From: an uncultured Bacteroidota bacterium
Lineage (GTDB): Bacteria; Bacteroidota; Bacteroidia; Bacteroidales; GCA-2748055
NCBI GenBank assembly: GCA_963747365.1
Contig: CAVVFB010000006.1
Span: forward strand, 148,040 to 212,039
Length of the DNA stretch: 64,000 nucleotides
Direction of reading: 5' to 3'
Shown here: piece by piece, positions 55,861 through 64,000 of the stretch
Position numbering within the stretch: position 1 is the first letter of the stretch
Layout of the letters: every line of letters starts with the position of its first letter
Notes under the pieces: model-generated
Database searches by the model: none
Seen by the model: the letters and a program-made list of their open reading frames with translations, nothing else
Told to the model about the DNA's origin: nothing
Program-made: the position numbers and the translations under genes

Positions 55861-56970
55861 ATGAAGAACTGGTTTACACCGCGCACCCTGCTTGTGGCAG
55901 CCGGAGTGGTCATTCTGGCACTGCTGGTGTGGCGGTTCTCAAATATTGTGGCCTATATTCTCATAGCCTCGGTGATCTCACTCGTTACCCGGCCTCTGGT
56001 AAGGTTACTTGGAAGGATCCATATATGGAAATGGCAAATTCCAGTCTCCATACGCGCACTGCTCACCCTTATTTTGATCTGGACGGTATTTTTTGGATTC
56101 TTCCGGATATTTATTCCTTTGATCGCAACGAAAGCACAAGAACTTTCCAATATCGATTCCGGGATGATTGTCCAGGAATTTGAAGGCCCTATCCGGTATC
56201 TTGAGCATTGGATTGGAAAACTGAACCTATTGGATGCCAGAGATTTTTCCCTGATGGATGAAATCCAGTCACGGTTCAGCTCTCTCCTCAGTATTGAGGC
56301 GGTTACCGACCTGCTGGCAGATATGGCTTCAATTCTGGGGAATCTGGCATGGGCCATCTTTGCCATCTCCTTTATCACCTTCTTTCTCCTGAGAGAGGAG
56401 AAGCTGATTTCCGGCTATATTGTAACCATTTTCCCGGAAGATAAGGAGCAAGCATTTACCCACGCCCTGGAGTCGATTAAAAGGTTGCTCCGCAGGTATT
56501 TCATAGGAATCCTGTTGCAGATGGCAGGAATCCTCACCATGGTGACCCTGGGACTGACCATAGTGGGGATTGGTTTCAATAATGCACTGGTGATCGGGTT
56601 GTTGGCTGCCATACTGAATATCATTCCTTACCTTGGGCCCTGGATGGGAGCCGCCATTGGGATCATCCTGGGAGTGGCAGCCCATTTGGATATGGACGTT
56701 TCCACACAGTTGGCCCCCATGTTAGGATATATGATGCTGGTTTTTATCATAACCCAGCTCACCGATAATGTACTTTTCCAGCCTGTTATCTTCGGAACCA
56801 GTGTTTATGCTCACCCCATTGAGATTTTTATTGTGATTATGATGGCCGGAAGTCTGGCCGGGATTGTGGGTATGATACTGGCCATTCCAACATATACAGT
56901 GATCAGGGTTTTCGCCAAAGAATTTTTTAATAACTTTAGGGTGGTCCAGAAGCTGACCGAGAAGATATGA
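55861..56970 (+). CDS. AI-2E family transporter (UPF0118/PerM-like permease)
   Basis: 369 aa and multi-pass, with the typical block IPYLGPWMGA. Confidence 0.85.
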   Translation: MKNWFTPRTLLVAAGVVILALLVWRFSNIVAYILIASVISLVTRPLVRLLGRIHIWKWQIPVSIRALLTLILIWTVFFGFFRIFIPLIATKAQELSNIDSGMIVQEFEGPIRYLEHWIGKLNLLDARDFSLMDEIQSRFSSLLSIEAVTDLLADMASILGNLAWAIFAISFITFFLLREEKLISGYIVTIFPEDKEQAFTHALESIKRLLRRYFIGILLQMAGILTMVTLGLTIVGIGFNNALVIGLLAAILNIIPYLGPWMGAAIGIILGVAAHLDMDVSTQLAPMLGYMMLVFIITQLTDNVLFQPVIFGTSVYAHPIEIFIVIMMAGSLAGIVGMILAIPTYTVIRVFAKEFFNNFRVVQKLTEKI

Positions 56971-57392
56971 CCCCACTCCGACTATTAGCGATCGTATATT
57001 GCACTTTGTGGCTGCTTCCCGTTGCAAGCGGGCAGCATAGCGAATCTTTAACAGGGGTTTCGCAGATAACGTTCGGACCGGTGACCATGCCAGATTCCGC
57101 TGCAGCCGATTCCACAGGTACACAACTGGTGATTCCAAATGTATTTACTCCTAATAGGGACGGGACTCATGATTATTTTGAAGTTGTAACTGATGGTGTC
57201 ACCGTTTATGAATTCAGTGTTTTTACGCGAACCGGTACCCAGGTATTTCATTCCAGCTCACCCCGGATTTTCTGGGATGGTACAAACAGCGAAGGACTTG
57301 AACTGACTGAGGGAGTATACTATTATGTCATTGAGGAAGAGGGAGGATCGGAGCCCTATTCCAGTACCGGGTTTATCTACCTGTTCCGTTAA
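56967..57392 (+). CDS. Small secreted protein consisting essentially of a T9SS type B sorting domain (gliding motility-associated C-terminal domain)
   Basis: 141 aa. It has a signal peptide, a ~30-aa linker, then IPNVFTPNRDGTHDYFEV...IFWDGTN..G..L..GVYYYVIE...FIYLFR. Its ATG overlaps the transporter stop (ATGA). Confidence 0.8.
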   Translation: MTPLRLLAIVYCTLWLLPVASGQHSESLTGVSQITFGPVTMPDSAAADSTGTQLVIPNVFTPNRDGTHDYFEVVTDGVTVYEFSVFTRTGTQVFHSSSPRIFWDGTNSEGLELTEGVYYYVIEEEGGSEPYSSTGFIYLFR

Positions 57393-57396
57393 TTAA

Positions 57397-58278
57397 TTAC
57401 CTGGATAATTTCTTAACGATCCAGGCGAAAAGCAGGGTGGTGAAGAAGCTAAAGGAGCCATAAACCACAGCGACCAGCGACATTGCCTGACTTTTCAGCA
57501 GTGTTGTTGCCACAAAAATGGCAAGTGCCGAATTCTGCAGCCCCACTTCAATCACGATGGTAAAACGGTCCCTGAGCTTCAGTCCTGCCAGTCTGGCCAC
57601 AAGCAAACCTGCTCCCATGGCTGCCAGGTGCATTGCAAGGGTATATGGAAGAATGGTGGTAAAATCCCTGAAATTGGCAGATTCTCCTTCCCGTTCAAAA
57701 AGGACAACCCCTGCATAGATCAGGGCCAGAAGGACCGGAAGAACTATTTTCAGTGGTTTTTCAAGTCCGTCAGCCAGGGAAGGCTTCCATTTTCTGATCC
57801 GTGTTCCTATGTAAGCAGGCAAAAGTGTGATCAGGAATACATTTATGATGGTCTCACCCACATTGAGCCTGATGCTGGCATCCTGATGGATAAAAAACGC
57901 AAGAGAAAGGGCAACCACCAGTGGCATGGTGATCAGGGTTATAACGCTGTTGATGGAGGTCATTGAAATGGAAAGTGCAACATTTCCCCTGAGTATATAG
58001 GTGACAAGGTTGGAGGTTGCCCCGCTCGGACATGCCGCTATTATAATCAGTCCCACTTTAAACAGCGGGTCGATGTTACTGATCAGTCCAATTAAAAAGG
58101 CAATCAGTGGCAGAATCAACATCTGACTGATGATCCCCGTGGTGACAGCCCTGGGATAGAGGAAAATATTCCTGAAATCACGATCAGTGAGGGAAAGTCC
58201 CATACCAAGAGTTATAATCCCAAGGGTAACGGGAAGGAATATCTCTGAAAAGAGTGATTGCATGACCACAAGGTACAT
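57397..58278 (-). CDS. Bile acid:sodium symporter (BASS) family transporter
   Basis: 293 aa with about 9-10 TM helices and the typical blocks (CPGG-like ACPSGATSN and GLQNSALA). Confidence 0.85.
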   Translation of the reverse strand: MYLVVMQSLFSEIFLPVTLGIITLGMGLSLTDRDFRNIFLYPRAVTTGIISQMLILPLIAFLIGLISNIDPLFKVGLIIIAACPSGATSNLVTYILRGNVALSISMTSINSVITLITMPLVVALSLAFFIHQDASIRLNVGETIINVFLITLLPAYIGTRIRKWKPSLADGLEKPLKIVLPVLLALIYAGVVLFEREGESANFRDFTTILPYTLAMHLAAMGAGLLVARLAGLKLRDRFTIVIEVGLQNSALAIFVATTLLKSQAMSLVAVVYGSFSFFTTLLFAWIVKKLSR

Positions 58279-58353
58279 GATTCAGCGTAATAATTTATAC
58301 AGGTTAAAAATTATATAACTGTTGGACAAAAATTCCAATCAATAGCTTTAAAT

Positions 58354-58367
58354 TAGCAATATTGCTA
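58354..58367. promoter_or_regulatory. Perfect 14-bp palindrome TAGCAATATTGCTA upstream of the ACIII operon, flanked by ATAGC repeats
   Basis: Read directly. Further ATAGC copies lie at 58342-58346 and 58377-58381. The palindrome is 37 nt upstream of ATG 58404. Confidence 0.4.
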
Positions 58368-58403
58368 TATAAAATAATAGCATTCAAAAAACCTGATCTG
58401 GAC

Positions 58404-59531
58404 ATGACAAAAGTTTCAAGTCTGGCTTTTGCCCTTTTCTTCATTACATCACTATTTCTAATACCCCGTCAGGCCTTCTGCGAAGATGGCGAACACGATG
58501 CCGGGCATCGCTCCGAGGGTCTTATGCGTGGTGAACGACTGTTTTACGGCCTGATTGAAGGAAAGTTCGAAACCAAAGCCTGTGCCGATTGCCACAATAC
58601 CATTGAGATCGACACCTTCAACTGGAATCCCAGCGCATGGGAGATCGCCAGCCAATTTAAAAACCAAAGTGCTGAGGAGTTTAAAAAAGCGGTTCTCAAG
58701 CCAACCGGAAACACCATGTCGGCCATGCACCTGACTTTCAATCTTACCGACAGCGATGTGGAGATGATTAAGCTGTTCCTGGATGATTTTGAAGAACAGG
58801 GACTTGCCACAAAGAAGCCGGTGATCAATAAGATCTTTCTTTTTATACTGCTTGGAGTTGTCCTTACCTGGGTTGTCCTGGATGTCTTCTTTTTTAAGAA
58901 GGTGAAGAGGCGTTATATCCTGGCAATTATTTTTATCGGAGCGATTGGTGTACAGGGTAAACTTCTGGTAGATGCAGGTACCTCCCTGGGAAGGCAGGAG
59001 CTTTACGAGCCCGATCAGCCCATTAAATTTTCACATGCGGTTCATGCCGGAGATAACCAGATCGATTGCCAGTATTGCCATACAACAGCAGGGTATTCGA
59101 AGTCGGCCGGTATTCCTGATGTGGGTGTTTGCTGGAATTGTCATGTCATCGTCCGGGAAGGTGCCCGTTCTGGAAAACACCAGATCAGCAAGGTGGTGGA
59201 GGCATACGAGAGCGGAACTCCCATTGAATGGATCCGCATTCATAACCTGCAGGACCATGTCTTTTTCAACCATTCACAACATGTGACTGTTGCGGGCATT
59301 GATTGTGCCACCTGTCATGGCCCCATTGAGGAGATGGACCGGGTCAGGCAGGTCAGCGACCTGAGCATGGGATGGTGCATCAACTGTCATCGGGATACCG
59401 AAGTGCAATTTTTCGATAACGCTTTTTATGACCAGTACAAGGAGCTGCATGAAAAGGTAAAATCGGGTGAGATTGAACGGATTACTGCCGAACTCACCGG
59501 CGGAACCGAATGCTCCAAATGTCACTATTAA
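58404..59531 (+). CDS. actA: Alternative complex III subunit ActA-like multihaem cytochrome c
   Basis: There are six CxxCH motifs (CADCH, CQYCH, CWNCH, CATCH, CINCH, CSKCH), a signal peptide and one internal TM segment. The start is taken at ATG 58404; the ORF opens at TTG 58362. Confidence 0.8.
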   Translation: MTKVSSLAFALFFITSLFLIPRQAFCEDGEHDAGHRSEGLMRGERLFYGLIEGKFETKACADCHNTIEIDTFNWNPSAWEIASQFKNQSAEEFKKAVLKPTGNTMSAMHLTFNLTDSDVEMIKLFLDDFEEQGLATKKPVINKIFLFILLGVVLTWVVLDVFFFKKVKRRYILAIIFIGAIGVQGKLLVDAGTSLGRQELYEPDQPIKFSHAVHAGDNQIDCQYCHTTAGYSKSAGIPDVGVCWNCHVIVREGARSGKHQISKVVEAYESGTPIEWIRIHNLQDHVFFNHSQHVTVAGIDCATCHGPIEEMDRVRQVSDLSMGWCINCHRDTEVQFFDNAFYDQYKELHEKVKSGEIERITAELTGGTECSKCHY

Positions 59532-59545
59532 ACCCTGATCATCCC

Positions 59546-62458
59546 ATGGAAAAACATTGGAGGAGTTTAGAAGAATATAAGAATGGCACAGACCCTCACC
59601 AGGAAAACCGGACTGTGCCTGACAGCAAGGTGGTGAATGCTCCGGCCTCACGTCGTGATTTCCTTAAATTATTCGGTTTCAGTGCAGCGAGTGCTGCTGT
59701 TTTGAGCAGTTGTGAAAAACCGTTACAGAAAGCCATCCCTTACCTGATCAAACCCGAACAGGTTACTCCCGGGAAAGCCAGTTATTATGCATCGACCTTT
59801 TTCGATGGCACAGAGTACTGCAGTGTGGTGGTGAAGGTCAGGGACGGCCGTCCAATTAAAATTGAGGGTAACCACCATTCGCCCGTCTCCCGCGGTGGCA
59901 CCTCCGCGCGGGTTCAGGCCTCTGTTTTGAACCTCTATGATGATGCCCGTTACAAGGAACCTTCAGCAGACGGGAAAAACATTTCATGGGAGGATGTGGA
60001 TCAGCTTGTAACCAGCAGGCTTGCTGAGGGAGGCCGCACGGTGATTCTTACTCCCACGGTCATCAGTCCCTCCAGTGCAGAGGTAATTGGAAATTTCTTC
60101 CGGGCCTATCCAAATTCAGAATGGATTCAGTATGATGAGGTTTCTGCATCGGGCATCAGGGAGGCTCACCTGGAGGTATTTGGAGCAGCGGTGATCCCCG
60201 GTTTTCATTTTGACAGGGCGGGCTATATTCTCTCTTTTGATGCCGACTTTCTTGGAACCTGGCTCACACCCGTGGAGTTTGCCAGGGATTATGCGACCAC
60301 CAGGGAGGTGAGTAAAGAGAATCCATTCATGTCAAAACATGTACAGGTGGAATCGGCGCTCTCCATGACCGGTTCAAATGCCGATGAACGGATTCCCGTC
60401 ACCCCCAGGGAATCGATGTTGATGCTGGCTGAAATCTACAACAGGCTGGCCGCCGCTTCAGGTCAGCCAAATGTGAAGGCTCCTCCCTGTGTGACCGAAG
60501 TGGATGAACTTGTCAATGCATTACTGGAACACAGGGGAACATCCCTGGTGGTGTGCGGATCCAATGATCCTGCCGTGCAGAAGATGGTGGCCGGTATCAA
60601 CCATATGCTGGGTAACTATGGCACCACCCTCGATTTGGAGCGATGCATACAGGTTAAAAAAGGAGATGACAAAGGATTCCTGGCCTTTCTTCAGGAACTG
60701 GAAAATGGCGGGGTAGATAACCTGCTCATGATGGACGTAAACCCGGTATACAGCCTGGGCGGATTTGAGGCCCTGGGTAAAGCCGGATTTACTCTTTATA
60801 TGGGAAGCGCCCTCAATGAGACAGCCGGGGCAGCAAAGGTCATCTGTCCCACGCCACATTATCTTGAAGCCTGGGGGGATGCTGAACCGCTTAAAGGTTC
60901 CTACAGCCTTCAGCAACCTTGTATTCATCCCATATTTAATACCAGGTCTTTCCAGGACTCCCTGTTGACCTGGGCGGGAGAGAAGACTTCCTACCGCGAC
61001 CATCTGGAGTCCTGGTGGAAGAATAACATTGCTCCGCCGGAGGAGAGGGGATCGGAACAGTGGTGGGTAAATACTTTGCAGGCAGGATTTTACCATGACA
61101 ACAGGAAGCCCTTTCCTGCTTCAGAAAACTACGCCGCTCCCTATGTGGATATCAATCCACCCCAAAACGATATGGCGCTAACCCTGTACGCCACGGTGGC
61201 CCTGAACGACGGGCGTTATGCCAACAATCCGTGGTTACAGGAGTTGCCCGATCCCATCACCAAAGCGTGCTGGGATAACTATCTGTTGGTTTCAGGGGCC
61301 GATGCAGTATCGATGGGACTTGAGGATGAGATGGTGGTTAAACTCAACGGGATCGATGTTCCTGTAATCATACAGCCCGGGCAGGCCCGGGGAACGGTCT
61401 CCATGGCTCTGGGATATGGTCGTACCAGGTCCGGGAAAGTGGGAAGCAACGTGGGTGTTAACGCTTTCCGGTTTGTGAAGTATATGGATGGTTCCAGATC
61501 CTATTGCCTGGATGGGATCACCATTGAGAAGACAAACAGGAGTTATCCCATCGCAAGGACTCAAACCCACCACACAATGGAGGGCCGGCCCATCGTGAGG
61601 GAGACCACCCTGAAAGAGTTCCAGGGTGACCCAAATGCGGGGAATCACTTTCACCTTGAGGCAGAGGCTCAGCACCAGACCCTATACCCCGAGGCCAGGT
61701 TCGATGGCTTCCACTGGGGACTCATGGTGGATCTGAACAAGTGTACAGGTTGCAATAACTGCATTGTAGCCTGTACCTCCGAGAACAATGTGGCTGTTGT
61801 GGGTAAGGAGGAGGTAAAAAAACGGAGGATCATGCACTGGATGCGTATCGACCGTTACTTTTCGGATGAACCGGAGAATCCCAGGGTTTTCCACCAGCCT
61901 GTGATGTGCCAGCACTGCGACAATGCCCCATGCGAGAATGTTTGTCCGGTTTCAGCAACCATGCACAGCAATGAGGGTCTCAACCAGGTGGCCTATGTAA
62001 GATGTATCGGTACAAAGTACTGTATCAATAACTGTCCCTACCGGGTAAGGAGATTCAACTGGTACAAGTATATTAAAAACGACAAGTTTGACTATAACCT
62101 GAACAGCGATCTGGCACGCCTGGTTCTAAATCCCGATGTAACGGTTCGCGAGCGCGGGGTGGTGGAGAAGTGCAGCTTCTGCGTGCAGCGGATCCAGGAG
62201 AAGAAGATGGAGTCCAAACTTGAGAATCGTCCGCTAAAAGATGGAGAGATTCAACCGGCCTGTGTTCAGTCCTGTCCCTCCGGGGCATTGGTTTTCGGTA
62301 ATATGAATGATCCGGAGTCAAAGGTTAGCAGGCTCAGGATGCAGGAGCGGAACTACCACCTTCTGGAACAGTTGCACACCCTTCCGTCGGTTGGGTATCT
62401 TACCAGGGTGCGAAATGTGATGCCGGAGGCAGAAGAGAAACACGATCAACATGGTTAA
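59546..62458 (+). CDS. actB: ACIII subunit ActB: Tat-variant-translocated molybdopterin-oxidoreductase-like domain fused to a 4Fe-4S ferredoxin domain
   Basis: The start is taken at ATG 59546 (MEKHWRSLEEY). The Tat-like leader SRRDFLKLFGFSAASAAVLSSC is present. The C-terminal Cys clusters are CTGCNNCIVAC, CQHCDNAPC and CIGTKYCINNCP. Confidence 0.88.
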   Translation: MEKHWRSLEEYKNGTDPHQENRTVPDSKVVNAPASRRDFLKLFGFSAASAAVLSSCEKPLQKAIPYLIKPEQVTPGKASYYASTFFDGTEYCSVVVKVRDGRPIKIEGNHHSPVSRGGTSARVQASVLNLYDDARYKEPSADGKNISWEDVDQLVTSRLAEGGRTVILTPTVISPSSAEVIGNFFRAYPNSEWIQYDEVSASGIREAHLEVFGAAVIPGFHFDRAGYILSFDADFLGTWLTPVEFARDYATTREVSKENPFMSKHVQVESALSMTGSNADERIPVTPRESMLMLAEIYNRLAAASGQPNVKAPPCVTEVDELVNALLEHRGTSLVVCGSNDPAVQKMVAGINHMLGNYGTTLDLERCIQVKKGDDKGFLAFLQELENGGVDNLLMMDVNPVYSLGGFEALGKAGFTLYMGSALNETAGAAKVICPTPHYLEAWGDAEPLKGSYSLQQPCIHPIFNTRSFQDSLLTWAGEKTSYRDHLESWWKNNIAPPEERGSEQWWVNTLQAGFYHDNRKPFPASENYAAPYVDINPPQNDMALTLYATVALNDGRYANNPWLQELPDPITKACWDNYLLVSGADAVSMGLEDEMVVKLNGIDVPVIIQPGQARGTVSMALGYGRTRSGKVGSNVGVNAFRFVKYMDGSRSYCLDGITIEKTNRSYPIARTQTHHTMEGRPIVRETTLKEFQGDPNAGNHFHLEAEAQHQTLYPEARFDGFHWGLMVDLNKCTGCNNCIVACTSENNVAVVGKEEVKKRRIMHWMRIDRYFSDEPENPRVFHQPVMCQHCDNAPCENVCPVSATMHSNEGLNQVAYVRCIGTKYCINNCPYRVRRFNWYKYIKNDKFDYNLNSDLARLVLNPDVTVRERGVVEKCSFCVQRIQEKKMESKLENRPLKDGEIQPACVQSCPSGALVFGNMNDPESKVSRLRMQERNYHLLEQLHTLPSVGYLTRVRNVMPEAEEKHDQHG

Positions 62459-62475
62459 CAAACAAAAAATATACG

Positions 62476-63870
62476 ATGTATAATACGGAAATCAGGGGCC
62501 CGCTGATCCTGGGGAACAAATCCCTGGGGCAGATTACAGCCGATATCACTTCCCCGCTATATGCACGTCCCAAGTTCTGGTGGATCGTTGGACTTGGAAT
62601 CAGTTCGGTGCTGATGCTGCTGGGATTCTGGTCCATTTATGTGACCATTTCGCAGGGGATAGGCACATGGGGGGTCAATAATACCGTGGGTTGGGGATGG
62701 GCCATCATCAATTTCGTCTGGTGGATCGGGATAGGTCATGCCGGTACCGCCTTCTCCATTTTCCTGCTCATCCTCCGGCAGGAGTGGCGATCGTCCATCA
62801 ACCGTGCTGCAGAAGCAATGACCGTGGTAGCCGTGGGGTGTGCGGCCATTTTTCCGGCCCTTCACATGGGCAGAATATGGGATGCATTTTTCATTTTTCC
62901 ATATCCCAATACAAGGGGTCCGCTATGGGTCAATTACAATTCCCCCCTCTTCTGGGACTTTATAGCCATCTCTGCCTACCTGCTGATCTCTGCCTCTTTC
63001 TGGTACCTGGGAATGATCCCCGACTTTGCCACCATACGCGACAATGCCAAATCGAAAATAAAAAAGGCAGCTTACGGCTTTTTTGCCATGGGCTGGAGGG
63101 GTTCTGTGGGAGAGTGGAAACGTTATGAAGGGCTCAGTTATATCCTGGGTGGCATTGCAGCAGTCCTGGTTGTATCGGTTCATTCGATTGTATCAACCGA
63201 CTTTGCCGTCTCCGTGGAACCCGGCTGGCATACCACCATTTTTCCACCCTACTTCGTGGTGGGGGCTATCTTTTCCGGGTTCGGCATGGTGATGACACTG
63301 ATGATTATCCTTCGCAAAATTTACAAACTGGAAGATTTTGTGACCAATGCACACCTGGATAAGGTGGCTAAAATTCTGATATTCATATCACTGATCATGG
63401 GGACAGCCTACCTGACGGAAATTTTTGTGGCATGGTACTCGGGCAATGAATATGAGATTTTCACCTTTTTTCACAACCGCATTACCGGCGAGTTTACAAT
63501 CCAGTTCTGGTGCATGTTCATCTTCAATGCCCTGGTGCCGCAGCTCATGTGGTTTAAAAAGATCCGCAGAAACCTGCTGGTGGTGTTCATTATTTCCATT
63601 CTCATTAATGTGGGGATGTGGTTCGAACGGTTTAACATTGTAGTCACCTCTCTTTCGAAGGATTATCTCCCCTCAGCCTGGGCAAGCTATTCCCCGACAA
63701 TGGTGGAGATCTCCATGTACCTGGGTACCCTGGGTATTTTTACTTTCGGGGTGCTGCTTTTCTTCAAGTATATCCCCATGATCGCCATCAGTGAGGTGAA
63801 AGCGGTGAATAAGTATCAGGTGAACAGTACACACTCTTCAGTGGAAGAAGAGGTTAAAAAAGGAGATTAA
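62476..63870 (+). CDS. actC: ACIII subunit ActC (NrfD/PsrC-family quinol-interacting membrane subunit)
   Basis: 464 aa with about 10 TM helices, directly after actB. Confidence 0.85.
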   Translation: MYNTEIRGPLILGNKSLGQITADITSPLYARPKFWWIVGLGISSVLMLLGFWSIYVTISQGIGTWGVNNTVGWGWAIINFVWWIGIGHAGTAFSIFLLILRQEWRSSINRAAEAMTVVAVGCAAIFPALHMGRIWDAFFIFPYPNTRGPLWVNYNSPLFWDFIAISAYLLISASFWYLGMIPDFATIRDNAKSKIKKAAYGFFAMGWRGSVGEWKRYEGLSYILGGIAAVLVVSVHSIVSTDFAVSVEPGWHTTIFPPYFVVGAIFSGFGMVMTLMIILRKIYKLEDFVTNAHLDKVAKILIFISLIMGTAYLTEIFVAWYSGNEYEIFTFFHNRITGEFTIQFWCMFIFNALVPQLMWFKKIRRNLLVVFIISILINVGMWFERFNIVVTSLSKDYLPSAWASYSPTMVEISMYLGTLGIFTFGVLLFFKYIPMIAISEVKAVNKYQVNSTHSSVEEEVKKGD

Positions 63871-63871
63871 G

Positions 63872-64000
63872 ATGATGGACACTCAATATTTAATAGGGGT
63901 TTTTGATGATGAGCAATCCATACTCGCAGCTTTCCGTAAGATGAAGGAGGAGGCGATGGAAATCGAGGATGTGTTCACTCCATACCCCATTCACGAGATC
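63872..64000 (+). CDS. actD: ACIII subunit ActD (DUF3341 family), N-terminal 43 codons; continues beyond the window
   Basis: ATG 63872 lies 1 nt after the actC stop. The translation MMDTQYLIGVFDDEQSILAAFRKMKEEAMEIEDVFTPYPIHEI matches the DUF3341 N-terminus as I remember it. Confidence 0.7.
   Translation, partial: MMDTQYLIGVFDDEQSILAAFRKMKEEAMEIEDVFTPYPIHEI

Overview
The window looks like a Bacteroidota chromosomal segment. The phylum call rests on T9SS type B sorting domains, a PorP/SprF gene, TAnnTTTG -7 promoter boxes, type B L31, an alternative complex III operon, and DUF1573, DUF4783 and DUF2147 genes. It is densely coding and mostly housekeeping: valS, pdxH, nadC, rlmH, der, era, glmM, rpmE, thyA-folA and tRNA-His. 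I saw no rRNA, CRISPR array, transposase, integrase or phage genes. Accessory content is as follows. (1) A TetR-controlled RND efflux operon (TetR-TolC-adaptor-pump) ends in a small PII-like ORF. (2) A second adaptor/MacB-like permease/TolC set has no ATPase gene. (3) A co-directional block at 16.5-31.8 kb places an orphan 1236-aa sensor kinase, a 1454-aa T9SS type B adhesin-like protein, its PorP/SprF partner and a PD40/PKD protein next to an unrecognised secreted 320-aa protein and a propeller/Y_Y_Y/PP2C phosphatase. (4) A small polysaccharide-type cluster holds a flippase, a methyltransferase and a GT4. (5) A PadR regulator sits next to a membrane protein with a duplicated GldL/PorL-like HWPGAG helical hairpin. 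(6) The 5' half of an ACIII operon (actABCD) runs off the window. Three genes carry reading-frame lesions: the DUF1573 signal peptide, a PNPOx-like pseudogene and a GNAT-like gene. A 10-unit heptanucleotide tandem repeat abuts the DUF2147 stop codon. I found no clearly novel system. The best candidates for follow-up are the sensor/adhesin/phosphatase block with its unknown 320-aa protein, the PadR-linked GldL-like membrane protein, and a passenger-less type B CTD ORF. All function calls come from motif recognition by eye and no searches were run.
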